Below are positions 18,716-29,200 of a stretch of DNA of 64,000 nucleotides, in pieces (the first letter of the stretch is position 1; each line of letters opens with the position of its first letter). Source of the stretch: a virus. The position numbers were made by a program, and so were the translations under genes. The notes under the pieces are model-generated. The model had not been told where the DNA came from. It ran no database searches and saw only the letters and a program-made list of their open reading frames with translations. The DNA lies in the IMG/VR virus record IMGVR_UViG_3300009285_005282, positions 55,737 through 119,736 of that record; one strand, given 5' to 3'.

Positions 18716-20085
18716 GCTGTCATCCCTCTCTTTCTCAAATGTCTTCTAAGTTTCTCCCCCATAGCGCGCAGCGGGGGAATCCTATCGTGCAGAACGAGCA
18801 CCACCTCTGGAGTTCTTTTCCCCTCGCAGAGGCGCTGCACCCGTCCCACAGCCTGTTGCAGGTTGTTATCGGAGCTGAACTCCGTAAGGATCATCAGACA
18901 ATCCAGCTTCCGTTTGTTCAATGCCTCCTTGGCCATATCGACCGTTGCGAACACCAACCGATGCTGGTGTAGCTGCGCCAGGCGGTCGGTGTCCACCACC
19001 TGGGCGTCGAGCACGCCAGACCCAGGAAAGCGTTCGTGTAGCAGCCGTGCGTGTGGCTTGGAGACGGTGATGGCCAACACTTCCCTGCCAGCCTGCACGC
19101 GCTGTTGGACAAGATCGGTCACGAAGTCGAGCTCCTCCGGCCGGGTGCCCACGTAGGCACAAAGTTTTCGGTGGTGCAACTCCGCCGAGATTGTTTCAAT
19201 CTCGGCACGGACCGTTGGACTGTTCAAGTCGATGTAGGTGGGCGAGCGCACAACGGTTACGGTGGGCACCAGGTCCTGGGTGAGGTTGCAATGGAACACC
19301 GGACCGATGTGCCAGAGGTACACCAGCTCCAGTCCGTCCGGGCGGTTGAGCGTTGCGGTAGCACCTAGCCGATCCCCCAGAAAGATATTGGCGGTTGCGG
19401 CGTAGCTCGGCGCCCCGAGGTGATGTAGCTCATCCCATACTACTATTCCGAAGTGGGCGGCCATCTCCGGGGTAATACTGTCGACGTACATGCTCAGAGT
19501 GCGCAGCGAGGCAAAGGTGATGGGGCACTCGCGCCACCGCCAGGTGTCGGGCTTACCCTGTATCCACCCCAACGGTCCTCCGAGTTCCAGCTTAGGGGGT
19601 GCTTCGTCGTCGCCGGTGATCTCTCCCGCCCACTGAAGTAGAATGTTGGTCTTGTCGTTGATGACCAACGCGGGAGCTCCCCGTTCGGCAATGGCGTGGA
19701 GGAGGATACAGGTCTTTCCCTTTCCGCAGCTCAGGTTCAGCACCCCCTGTTTGGCCTCACGTAGGTCGTCATAGGCGTCCCGTTGCTCGGTGCTGGTCGG
19801 GTCGAGCGCATCCAGTTCGATGAGGCTGTGCATGGGTGCCGCCTGATAACATTTGGGACGTAAGTCTACAACCTCGTAGGGTAGCTGGTCCAGCTTCAGG
19901 TGTCCACGAGGCACCGCAAAATGGTGTTCGGACTCCCGCCATAGAACGATTGACCGCTCCTCCGCGGCGGGGAACGTTAGGCTGTACCTGAGCACGTTGG
20001 GGTTCACCACGCTCTTTGGTAGCCACAACCAGCCGTCCAGGTAAGCACGATCAGGAAGGCGAACGGGGATAGTGTACCGGGCCAT
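18712..20085 (-). CDS. SF2 helicase (UvsW/XPB-like)
   Basis: LSCGKGKT, DELHH, ATAT, QAVGRVQR; TAATG overlap at 20085. Confidence 0.85.
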   Translation of the reverse strand: MARYTIPVRLPDRAYLDGWLWLPKSVVNPNVLRYSLTFPAAEERSIVLWRESEHHFAVPRGHLKLDQLPYEVVDLRPKCYQAAPMHSLIELDALDPTSTEQRDAYDDLREAKQGVLNLSCGKGKTCILLHAIAERGAPALVINDKTNILLQWAGEITGDDEAPPKLELGGPLGWIQGKPDTWRWRECPITFASLRTLSMYVDSITPEMAAHFGIVVWDELHHLGAPSYAATANIFLGDRLGATATLNRPDGLELVYLWHIGPVFHCNLTQDLVPTVTVVRSPTYIDLNSPTVRAEIETISAELHHRKLCAYVGTRPEELDFVTDLVQQRVQAGREVLAITVSKPHARLLHERFPGSGVLDAQVVDTDRLAQLHQHRLVFATVDMAKEALNKRKLDCLMILTEFSSDNNLQQAVGRVQRLCEGKRTPEVVLVLHDRIPPLRAMGEKLRRHLRKRGMTA

Positions 20086-20555
20086 TATCGTGCAAGCTCC
20101 TGTTCGAGGTCTGCAACTCGGCGCCGCCACTGGTGTACTCCGTCCTCCCAGAACTGCACCGCCTCTGTCGAAATTAGCCCGGTGGCGCGCAGATCCAGCA
20201 CGGCGTAAGCCGCGTGGAGAGCACGCTGCATCAGGTTGTACTCCTCCTCTGACTTCTTACGGCGTTCGCGTGCCTGATCCGCAGCTTCAGCGGCCGTGCG
20301 CTCTGGGCAGTCCACAGTGTGTAGCTCTGCTTTAGCGCGTCGTATGGTGTAGCCGGTCCACGCGGTGCGTTTTCCACAACGTGTGCACACCAGGGTAACG
20401 CGTGGGGGTCTCGTCTTGTACACTTGGCGGCTGACCCAAAAGGCATCCTCACGTTGCCACCGGCTACCGCCCGGTGGTCGTGCGCCGTATGGCTCATTCT
20501 CCTTCGTCCTCTCCGTCTCTGTCCTCGTCTTCGTCTTCGTCTTCTCGTTTGACAT
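20085..20555 (-). CDS. Hypothetical Zn-finger protein
   Basis: AGGAG RBS before MSNEKTK; CTRC...HTVDC. Confidence 0.5.
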   Translation of the reverse strand: MSNEKTKTKTRTETERTKENEPYGARPPGGSRWQREDAFWVSRQVYKTRPPRVTLVCTRCGKRTAWTGYTIRRAKAELHTVDCPERTAAEAADQARERRKKSEEEYNLMQRALHAAYAVLDLRATGLISTEAVQFWEDGVHQWRRRVADLEQELAR

Positions 20556-20958
20556 GCTGCTCCTTCTCCGGGGTGGGCATAATGTCGTGGTACGTCCAAA
20601 ATTCTCCGAATTCATGCCCGCCTGCGGCCATCATGGACGCCGCCATGTTTCGCAGGATTCTCACCACGGTACCCTCACCCTTTTGTGGGCTTGGTCGGCG
20701 CACGGGTGGTTGGACCCCTGGTTGTACCGTCGTACGGGGAGCCACTGCTGGTCCCTGGGCGACGGCATGCCCAGCGGTGGTTGCTAGGTTTCGCAGCTGG
20801 CGCAGCCGCATGGCACGCTGCTCTCGTCGCTCGTTCTCTACCACCTCCTCCTCGCAGACGCGGTTGTTAGGGCAGACCAGACACGCTCGGTCGGCAGGGT
20901 CGTAGTTACCCAACCCCCCGAGGTCACAGATGACGTCATATCGTCGAAAGTCGTTCAC
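20494..20958 (-). CDS. First gene of the leftward block; Cys-containing hypothetical protein
   Basis: AAGGAG RBS then GTG 20958, just downstream of the TATAAG element; C...CLVCPNNRVC. Confidence 0.55.
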   Translation of the reverse strand: MNDFRRYDVICDLGGLGNYDPADRACLVCPNNRVCEEEVVENERREQRAMRLRQLRNLATTAGHAVAQGPAVAPRTTVQPGVQPPVRRPSPQKGEGTVVRILRNMAASMMAAGGHEFGEFWTYHDIMPTPEKEQHVKREDEDEDEDRDGEDEGE

Positions 20959-21007
20959 TGTACCGCTCCTTCGGTGTACCACGCGGAATGTGTTCACGCG
21001 GGGAAAC

Positions 21008-21034
21008 CTTATACCGTGCTCCTGGGGCTCTTTG
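21008..21034 (-). promoter_or_regulatory. Leftward promoter CAAA-N17-TATAAG
   Basis: Minus strand GGCAAAGAGCCCCAGGAGCACGGTATAAG at head of replication block; motif recurs at other block heads. Confidence 0.6.
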
Positions 21035-21078
21035 CCCGGCGCTGAGTCGATGGTAAACTGACCGCAGGAGGCTTCTGC

Positions 21079-22245
21079 ATGACGTTGCCAGCCGGTCTGG
21101 TGCTCGACCCCTACGATGACAGGTTCGCGTCTCTTCGGCGTTTCTTCCACACGGTTCCCGCGCCGGACTTTATCAAGCGCGCTACGGTGCTCACCACGCA
21201 GCAGCTGTCTCAGCTGCCAGATCACGCCTTTGCCGGCGTGTTGATAGATGGGGAGCGCAGGTTGCGCAAGTACGCCAGTGTCGACCCAGCACACGCGGCG
21301 GTCAACGTACTTTACTTTATCGACGCGTCGCCACAGCTCCCGCCACCGGCACGGGTCAAGATTGCTGCCAATCTGATCCGGGTTTGCAGCCATTACGGTC
21401 TGCGCCCACCGCAGCAGCTCGGCAAGGTCGCCGAGTTGGCGCGTCGGCGGCTGGTAAAGACCGACGGCAACCCCGTTCTCATGCCGGCGCGCGACCCTCG
21501 GAAGGCGTTGAACGAGCCACTGAGCAAGACCGCGGGTTCCCATGTCATCGAGGACCCCTACATCCGGTTGGACGAGCCTTTCCGTGCGGAGCACCGGATG
21601 GAGAAGATTGCTGCGGTGTTTGACGACGGGCGGTGGCCCCTTCGGGGGCACACCGAGGTTCTGCAGGCTGCGGAACGTTATCACGCTGAGCACTCGGGTA
21701 TGCACCCCCGGGTACGCCACCAGATGTGCGTCAAGATCGCCGGTGCTGCCGACCAGCTCGGGGTAACCGTACCCCCATCGCTGCGTGAGTACCAGAGTGA
21801 CTCCTATTCGGAGCCTATGTTGAAGCTGGGCGCGGAGATCCGACAGCAGGTGTGGGCACAAGCTGACGCGTCGGGACGCGGTCCTGACCTGCTGAAGTTG
21901 CTCATGCAGAAGCGCGCCAACGGTCTCTCACCGCACCGCTTCGCCGAGGACCTGGCGTTGATCGACACCGCAACGGGTGTTGACCATCTGTGGGGGCGGG
22001 CCATCACGGACCCCTGGCTCACCACGTTCGGCGGGCAGGTCAAGCACGCCGAGTGGCAATGGGCCGAGAACGGGTCAACCCTGACCGAGACGGAGCTGCG
22101 GCAGCTTCTGGAGCAAGGTCAGGAGCGCCTGCGTGCAGTGTTTGGTGCAGAGCTGGCCAACGGGCTGCAGGAGAACCCCACGGTGGTCTTCGACTCCCTG
22201 CCCACGGACACCAAGCTCGCGCTGGCGCGGTTGGCCCATGCCTGA
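21079..22245 (+). CDS. Putative internal head protein, KxA-rich
   Basis: GGAGG RBS; 10 of 14 lysines in K-x-A. Confidence 0.7.
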   Translation: MTLPAGLVLDPYDDRFASLRRFFHTVPAPDFIKRATVLTTQQLSQLPDHAFAGVLIDGERRLRKYASVDPAHAAVNVLYFIDASPQLPPPARVKIAANLIRVCSHYGLRPPQQLGKVAELARRRLVKTDGNPVLMPARDPRKALNEPLSKTAGSHVIEDPYIRLDEPFRAEHRMEKIAAVFDDGRWPLRGHTEVLQAAERYHAEHSGMHPRVRHQMCVKIAGAADQLGVTVPPSLREYQSDSYSEPMLKLGAEIRQQVWAQADASGRGPDLLKLLMQKRANGLSPHRFAEDLALIDTATGVDHLWGRAITDPWLTTFGGQVKHAEWQWAENGSTLTETELRQLLEQGQERLRAVFGAELANGLQENPTVVFDSLPTDTKLALARLAHA

Positions 22246-23170
22246 CACCTCGGCGGAACAGCGCTTTTTCAGACAGCTCGGGGGTACCGCGGAGCCCCAG
22301 CTCTCCGACAGTGCCTTGCAGGAGCTGGCTGAGGCAGAGGCCGAGAACGACGACGTTCAGCCTGTGGTGGAGTCCCGAGTGGACCCGGAGCCGAAGCCGG
22401 ACAGCGCCCCGGAGGACACCACGCCCTTCGTCCCCCAACGGATGCTGTCAAGCCATGACACCCACCCCCTCGTTCTGGACGCCTTGTTACTACGAGTTTT
22501 CGGACCGGATTGGCTAGGCTGGGAGCCCGAGGCGTTGGCGCAAGAGCTTCGGAGGGTTACCCGGCAGGAGCTCAGCGGAATCAACTGGCAGCAGATCCAG
22601 GCGGTCAAGACTTGCCACCTGGTGGACTCCCCCTGGCGTACTTGGGAGGTGTTCGCGGTGGTGTGTCAGGCGCTGAACAACTGCATCCCCAACTTTCGTA
22701 CGTTACAGGTCCCGACGGTGGCCCAGGTGTTGTGCGCGCTGGACATCATGGGGAGGATTGACAACCATCTGCTGTCCGACGAGGTGGAGCAGTTCATCGC
22801 CGCTACGTTTGTGGAGGAGGGAGTCCACTACCTTCCACCCCCCGCTGACGTCGCGCAGGAGTGGCTCTCCAGGCCGGTGTACCGGTGCACGGTTTGCGGT
22901 CGGGTGGACCGCGACGACTCCAACGACATGTGCGACAGCTGCGGCGCCCCGCAGGACAAGTTGCAACGGGAGCTCACCCGAGACCCGGAGCCGATCCGAA
23001 TTCGTTATGAGGAGTGCTTACAAGACCGGGCGGGGCACTCCGAGCTGCAAGAGACCCCCGTGGATATCCAGGCGGCGCGGCTCCTGGTAGCGCACGACTA
23101 CGTGGTGTTCCGGCGAGCGCAGCTGCAACAGCAAGTAAAGGAGCTGAACCGTGTCCAACTATTCGATTGA
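22238..23170 (+). CDS. Hypothetical virion-cluster protein with Zn ribbon
   Basis: Start MPDTS at 22238; CTVC...CDSC. Confidence 0.65.
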   Translation: MPDTSAEQRFFRQLGGTAEPQLSDSALQELAEAEAENDDVQPVVESRVDPEPKPDSAPEDTTPFVPQRMLSSHDTHPLVLDALLLRVFGPDWLGWEPEALAQELRRVTRQELSGINWQQIQAVKTCHLVDSPWRTWEVFAVVCQALNNCIPNFRTLQVPTVAQVLCALDIMGRIDNHLLSDEVEQFIAATFVEEGVHYLPPPADVAQEWLSRPVYRCTVCGRVDRDDSNDMCDSCGAPQDKLQRELTRDPEPIRIRYEECLQDRAGHSELQETPVDIQAARLLVAHDYVVFRRAQLQQQVKELNRVQLFD

Positions 23171-24017
23171 AATTGCTCGGGTGGAAGCACAGCTGCGCGA
23201 GATGGAGAAACACGCCGTTGACCCCGGATTGATGGCGCGGGCCGGGCAACGGTTTTGGGGTGCTAACCCGTGGTTGGGTCGCGGGCTAGGAATGGCAGGC
23301 GGCGCCGCTACGGGTGGGGGTGTGGGCTACGTTACCGCCAAGGATGAAGCGTCACGTCCCGCAAGTGTCATCCAAGGAGCGATGATCGGTGCTGGGGTAG
23401 GCGCGCTGGGCGGGCAGTTCGCTACCGCCCGGGGGGTAACCCAGGCGAAACACTTCGGGCAGCGCCAGCTCCACGGCGCGACAGGCTATCTCCCCGAGCA
23501 CGGACTGTTCGGGACCAAGAACATGCCCGCCAACGCCGTTGCGGCGCGAGCAACGCGCACCTCCGCGCTCAAGGACATGGGGTTTCACGTGCCCGAGGTA
23601 AAGTCAGTGGAGGAGTACCGCAAGAACCTGACGGCGCCGTGGCTGTTTGGGGGCGCGCGGGCCAAGCTGTACCGGGCGCGGGATCAGGCGCAGCGCACGC
23701 TGGTTGAGGAGAACATGACCAACCTGCCCGGGGTGGCTCGGGGCTACGTGGCACCACGCGAAGGTCTTCGGCGGCGCGATGTGCTTAAGGCCAATCTGCT
23801 GGCGCAGGGCGGTCTGGGGCTAGGGGCGGGTGCGTTGTTCGCCGCCCCTAGCGTGGTGAGTGCGGTACAGCAGCGCGACCCGAAAGAGGGTGTGCGCGCG
23901 CTTGTGGAGAACGCACCGTACATGCTGGCCTCTGCCATTCCGGTTGCGCCGATGATGGCCGCGGGCAGTCTTCTCTCCGCCGGGGTCGGTAGAGTGCTTC
24001 CTCGAAAGGAGCCGTAA
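23151..24017 (+). CDS. Glycine-zipper protein with leader ending EKHA (cargo family)
   Basis: LREMEKHA then GLGMAGGAATGGGVG...GAMIGAGVGALGG. Confidence 0.65.
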   Translation: MSNYSIEIARVEAQLREMEKHAVDPGLMARAGQRFWGANPWLGRGLGMAGGAATGGGVGYVTAKDEASRPASVIQGAMIGAGVGALGGQFATARGVTQAKHFGQRQLHGATGYLPEHGLFGTKNMPANAVAARATRTSALKDMGFHVPEVKSVEEYRKNLTAPWLFGGARAKLYRARDQAQRTLVEENMTNLPGVARGYVAPREGLRRRDVLKANLLAQGGLGLGAGALFAAPSVVSAVQQRDPKEGVRALVENAPYMLASAIPVAPMMAAGSLLSAGVGRVLPRKEP

Positions 24018-24018
24018 C

Positions 24019-25878
24019 GTGTTCGGGTCAACCCCAGCGCCAACGCCGACAACGACGAGTGCCCGTCTCGAAGGGCGTATCCGCGGTTCCCTCACGGGTG
24101 TGCGGTACCCCGACCCGTTCTTCGACCTGGCGCACACCTACCTGCCAACCTCGATCCTGGCGTTGTTTCGTTGGTGCAGGTACTACTACCTCACCTCCCC
24201 GCTCATCGCCGCGGCGGTGGACAAGCTCGCTGAGTACCCCATTACCGCGTTGGAGTTCACCGGTAGCAGCACGGAGGTGCACCGGCTGTGGGAGGCGTAC
24301 TTCGAGGACGACCTGCACCTTCGGGAGACGTTGGTCGATATCGGCGTGTTCTACAACTGCTATGGCAACACCATCGGCTCCTTGCACTTTCCAGCCACTA
24401 AGTGGTTGGTGTGTGAGAACTGCCACCACGAGGAACCAGCAACCGCAGCCAAGTACGACTACCGGGGCTGCAAGTTCCATCTGAAGTGCGCGCAGTGCGG
24501 GCACAACGGTCCCGCCGAGGTGCGTGAACGCGCGGTCAAGACCACCAAGGGAGCGCGACTGCTGCTGTGGAACCCGGAGGACATGGAGGTCCGCTACAAC
24601 GAGTTCACGGGTCACTCCACCTACTACTACCGTATCCCGGCCTACCTGCGCACCGCTGTGCGGCTCGGACGGCGGGACATCGTGGACCACTCCCCCCAGG
24701 TGTTCCTGGATGCAGTGCGGGAGGAGAAGGCGGTGGTGCTCAACCCGGAGAACGTGGTGCATCTCCGTCGTCCCTCGATCATGACCGGGCAGTTGAACCG
24801 CGGGTTGGGCATTCCGCTGGTGCTCCCGGTGCTCAAGAATAACTTCTACCTCCAGATTATGCGCAAGGCGCAGGAAGCTGTGCTTGCCGAGCGGTTGGTG
24901 CCCCTCAACATCCTGTTTCCAACCCAGTCCGCGCCGGGCGTGAACCCCTACGAGCTCATGGACCTGAGCCGTTGGCGGGACCAGGTCAACGAGGAAGTCA
25001 ACCACTGGCGCCGTGATCCTAATTACATACCAGTATTACCACTACCAGTTGGCCACCAAATGATCGGCGGGGATGGCCGGGCGCTACTGCTCTACAACGA
25101 GATGCGCTCCGAAGCGGAGACCATCTTGGTGGGAATGGGCATCCCGCCAGAGCTCGTTTTTGGGGGGTTGTCCTGGAGTGCTTCGAACGTCAGCCTGCGG
25201 ATGCTGGAGAACCGATTTCTGCGGTACATCGCCGGGCTGGAGCAGCTACTCAACAGTTTCGTCATCCCCCGTACCGCCGCCCACATGGGCTGGCCCGCGG
25301 TACGGGCGCGGTTCCGACCGTTCAAGATGGCTGACGATCTGCAGCGGTCGGCGTTCCTGTTCCAGCTCAACCAAGCCAAGCTGGTGAGTGACACCACCAT
25401 GCGGCGGGAGACCAACCTCGATCCGGACACCGAGGACGAGCGGCTCAAGAAGGAGGTCAAGTCCAGACTGCACGGGGTGGAAGAACAGCAGATGGCCGAG
25501 GCGCGTATCTCTGGGCAAGTTGGGGTGCTCACCGCCAAGTACCAGGCAAAGGCCCAACAGGTCATGGCGGAGGAGCAACGTCAGATGCAGTCGGGCACCT
25601 ACGGCGCTGCTCCAGGAGAGGAGGGGGCTGGGATGGGACAGGAGGCGGTGGCCCCCGTCGCTGCTCCGGCGGGCCCAGTGCCGCAGATCCTACAGCGGCT
25701 ACAGGGGCTGTCCCCGGAAGCGCAGCAGCAGGTGTTGCAACGGATAGGTCAACAAAACCCCGAGCTGGCCAGCAGCCTGGCGCAGCAGCTTCAACCGGCC
25801 TCCACACCTGCCAGTGACAGCGCGGGCGCTCCACTTCCGGAGCAGCTCCCGCCGAGACGGCAAGCGCAGCTCATCTGA
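24019..25878 (+). CDS. Portal protein
   Basis: RYYY.TSPLIAAAVDKLAEYPI, YGN, VVHLRR, GIPLVLPVLK, ILVGMGIPPELVFG; Q/P-rich tail. Confidence 0.7.
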   Translation: MFGSTPAPTPTTTSARLEGRIRGSLTGVRYPDPFFDLAHTYLPTSILALFRWCRYYYLTSPLIAAAVDKLAEYPITALEFTGSSTEVHRLWEAYFEDDLHLRETLVDIGVFYNCYGNTIGSLHFPATKWLVCENCHHEEPATAAKYDYRGCKFHLKCAQCGHNGPAEVRERAVKTTKGARLLLWNPEDMEVRYNEFTGHSTYYYRIPAYLRTAVRLGRRDIVDHSPQVFLDAVREEKAVVLNPENVVHLRRPSIMTGQLNRGLGIPLVLPVLKNNFYLQIMRKAQEAVLAERLVPLNILFPTQSAPGVNPYELMDLSRWRDQVNEEVNHWRRDPNYIPVLPLPVGHQMIGGDGRALLLYNEMRSEAETILVGMGIPPELVFGGLSWSASNVSLRMLENRFLRYIAGLEQLLNSFVIPRTAAHMGWPAVRARFRPFKMADDLQRSAFLFQLNQAKLVSDTTMRRETNLDPDTEDERLKKEVKSRLHGVEEQQMAEARISGQVGVLTAKYQAKAQQVMAEEQRQMQSGTYGAAPGEEGAGMGQEAVAPVAAPAGPVPQILQRLQGLSPEAQQQVLQRIGQQNPELASSLAQQLQPASTPASDSAGAPLPEQLPPRRQAQLI

Positions 25879-25884
25879 TACCTG

Positions 25885-25924
25885 GCTAAAGAAGCGGGCG
25901 GGGAGGCCAAAGCGCTCCCCGCCC
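25885..25924 (-). terminator. Hairpin terminator between portal and micro-ORF unit
   Basis: gggcggggag...ctccccgccc; minus strand continues GCTTCTTTAGC. Confidence 0.6.
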
Positions 25925-25937
25925 CAGTCGGTCTGCA

Positions 25938-26015
25938 CTAGCGCAGCCATTCTCCGGCGAGCTCAGCGATCCCCAACAGTAGGGTCGCGCCGAGCGCCAG
26001 GAGAAACAGCTCCAC
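25938..26015 (-). CDS. 25-aa hydrophobic peptide
   Basis: GTG overlaps previous TAG; (M)ELFLLALGATLLLGIAELAGEWLR. Confidence 0.35.
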   Translation of the reverse strand: MELFLLALGATLLLGIAELAGEWLR

Positions 26016-26101
26016 TAGCAGCAGGCCAACTGTTCATCCACATCCCCCTCGATGTCTTCGAGGGGGTCGTCCCCGTAGGGACGGCCGCAGCAACTCAACA
26101 T
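26015..26101 (-). CDS. 28-aa acidic CC...CC peptide
   Basis: GGAGGT RBS; MLSCCGRPYGDDPLEDIEGDVDEQLACC. Confidence 0.4.
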   Translation of the reverse strand: MLSCCGRPYGDDPLEDIEGDVDEQLACC

Positions 26102-26143
26102 GGGACCTCCATACCGGCAGTGGTTGTTTCCGCCAGTTATGTC

Positions 26144-26170
26144 CTTATAGCAACCCCGGGTGCCAGTTTG
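26144..26170 (-). promoter_or_regulatory. Leftward promoter CAAA-N17-TATAAG
   Basis: Minus strand CAAACTGGCACCCGGGGTTGCTATAAG, same spacing as the 21008 copy. Confidence 0.6.
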
Positions 26171-26287
26171 TTCCGGTAGCGAGATGCTGTTATAGTGGCC
26201 AAGCAGGCTCCGGAGACGGGCACTACGGTCCCCGTTCAGAGATGGAGACGGTCATGAGCTACGGAATCCACGATCACGAGGTGTGCA

Positions 26288-29200
26288 ATGGCGCGGCTTG
26301 ACCCTAAGGAGAGCTACGAGGCGCTCAAGGATGGGGTGAAGGAGGCTATCTCCAAGACGTTCCCGCACGTGGGGAAGGTCAACACGTTGGAGTTGGAGGG
26401 CATCGACATCCCCGACGAGCTTTCCAGCAGCGACTACGCGGCGCAGAAGCAGGCCAAGCTCAACGAGCGCACCTTCGGTATCCCGGTTCAGGCCACGATG
26501 GTGCTCCGGGAGAACGCTACCGGCAAAGTGCTCGACCGGTCCGTGGTCAAGATCGCCACGTTGCCGAAGATCACCGACCGCTACTCGTACATCACCGCGG
26601 GTACGGAGTACCAGGTGGACAACCAGTGGCGGTTGCGCCCCGGGGTGTACACCAAGGTCAAGCAGAACGGTGACCTGGACTCCTTCTTCAACATCAAGGG
26701 GCGCCCGCTGCACGTCGGGTTCGACCCCAAGACCAGAAAGTTCGATTTTCAGATCGGCGGTGCCGCTCCGCCGCTGTACCCGCTCATGAAAGCGCTTGGT
26801 GTGAGCGACGACACTTTGGAGCGGCAGTGGGGCACGGACATCCTGGCCGCCAACCGAGTGGACACGCGGGGCAAGCCCCACAACCTGCAACGAACGGTTA
26901 TCGACATCGCGCAACGGCTCGATCCTCGGGCGGAGGTTGGGTCCTACGAGCAGGCGGCCTCGGTCATTCGAGCCAACCTAGAAAGCTCGGCGCTGCACCC
27001 GGAGGTCACCCAGCGGACGTTGGGGAAGTCCATCGACCGTATCACCCCCGAGGCGATGCTGCTCTCCACCGGACGGCTGTTGGGGATCGCGAAGGGGAAG
27101 GAGCGGGAGGACGTCCGTGACTCTCAGTTGTTCAAGGACCTGCACAGCACGGAGGACTTCGTCAAAGAGCGCATCACGGGACACGCCAGTGTTATCGCAC
27201 GGCGGGTGGGGAATAACCTGGACCGTAAGGGAAAGATCCGGGAGATCGTCGTCCCGGACGTCTATGACCGCCCCATCCGCGAGTTCTTCGGCAAGGTGTC
27301 GCTGGCCAACTCGGCCGCGCAAACCAACCCGTTACGAATGATCGGCGGGCAGATGCGCACCACCATCGCTGGCGAGGGTGGGGTGGCCGACGCCAACCGC
27401 ATCACCGAAGACGCCAAGTTGGTGGACCCTAGCCACTTCGGAGTGCTGGACCCGCTGCACACGCCGGAAAGTTCAGCCACTGGTGTGTCCTTACAGCTCG
27501 CGCTTGGCGCCCGCAAGCAGGGTAACCGCGTGGTCGTCCCTCTGATCGACGTCAAGGATGGAAAAACCAAGCTGGTGGACACCTCCGTGATGTACGACTC
27601 GACCGTCGCGTTACCGGACTCGGTCAAGAAGCAGGGCGACAAGTTCGTCCCCGTATCCGGGTCCAAGGTCGTGGCGAGTGTGCCCGGCAACGCCATGCTC
27701 CCGGTAGCGATGAAGGACGTGGACTACATCGTTCCGCGCAGCGGGCAGATGTTCTCGATGGCAACCAACCTGGTGCCCTTCATCAACAGCGACTCCCCGA
27801 ACCGGGCGACGATGGCTGGACGCCACATGGAGCAGGCCATCCCGGTGGTGAACAGTGAGCCCCCGCTGGTGCAAAGTATGTTGGGTTCGGTCTCCATGGA
27901 CACGGTCATCGGCCGCTTTGCCTCCACACGGGCGCCATTGGACGGGAAGGTCACGAAGATCACTGCGGATCACATCACCGTGGCCGACGCGGACGGAGTG
28001 GAGAAGCATATCCCCGTCTACAGTCACTTCCCGCTCAACGACAAGAAGGGCTATATCCACAGCACCCCGGTGGTCAAGGTCGGGGACACCGTGAAAAGCG
28101 GTCAGCTCCTGGCGGACAGCAACTTCACGAAGGGCGGCGTGTACGCACCAGGTACGAATCTTAGAACCGCGTATATGACGTGGGCCGGAAGGAATTTTGA
28201 GGATGGAGTAGTTCTTAGCGAAACAGCCGCCCAGAAGCTCGCCAGCGCGCACATGTACAAGAAGGGGCTGGCGACGCGAGACCTGGAGCTCCCTGGCAAG
28301 AAGAAGTATCACGCCTACTACCCGTTGCAGAAGGAGCAGCTGGAAAAGTTGGATGACACCGGCGTGGTCCGGGTCGGGCAGCGGGTCAAGCCCGGCGACA
28401 CCCTGGTGGCTGCGCTCGCAGAGCGAACGCTTACCACGGAGGAGCAGCGGCTCAAGCTGCTGCACAACAGCCTGGTCAAGCCCAAGAAGGATAAAGCAGT
28501 CACTTGGGACGAGGACTACGAGGGGGAAGTCGTCGAGGTGCATCGCACCCCCAAGCGTGTGCAAGTCCACGTAAAGACTGTGGAACCGATGGAGATAGGG
28601 GACAAGCTCTGCTACGACGAACAGACAGATGTCCTGACCCTAACTGGGTGGAAACCCGTGTCCGAGGTGACATGTGAGGACCTTGTGTGCTGCCTGGTTG
28701 GGGAGGAGGTTGTCTACCAGCACCCCATAGCGGTCTTCTCCTATCCCACCGGCGGCCGAATGTACGTGATCCGTTCCCAGCAGGTAGACCTGTTCGTTAC
28801 CGCGGCGCATCAGATGTACGTGCGCTTACGCGGGGCACAGCAGTATCAGTTACTGCCCGCAGAGTCTCTTTTCGGCAAGAGGGTGCGTTACCGCAAGGAC
28901 GGTGTGTGGCGGGGGGAACACCGGCAGAGCATCACGCTTCCAGCGGTGACGGTTCCGGATAGACGTTACAAACTCGGTCAGCGGGACACCGCGCCTCTAA
29001 CGCTGGACATGAGCACGTACCTGCTATTGCTTGGTGCGTTCTTGGCTGACGGAAACTGCGTGTGCATTCCAAACAGCGGAACCTACGGCATCGAGTTCAG
29101 CAAGGTACGGGAACCTAACCGAGCCGAGCTGCGTGCGGCGTTGACCACGGCGGGGATCTCGTGGACGCCAGCTAGCAACAACACGAAAACGCGGCTTCAT

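Noticed and set aside
20959-21861. 455-aa minus ORF 20494-21861 at full length, and other long antisense ORFs in the track
   Set aside because: Shadow frames of GC-rich genes; RBS and promoter support a start at 20958
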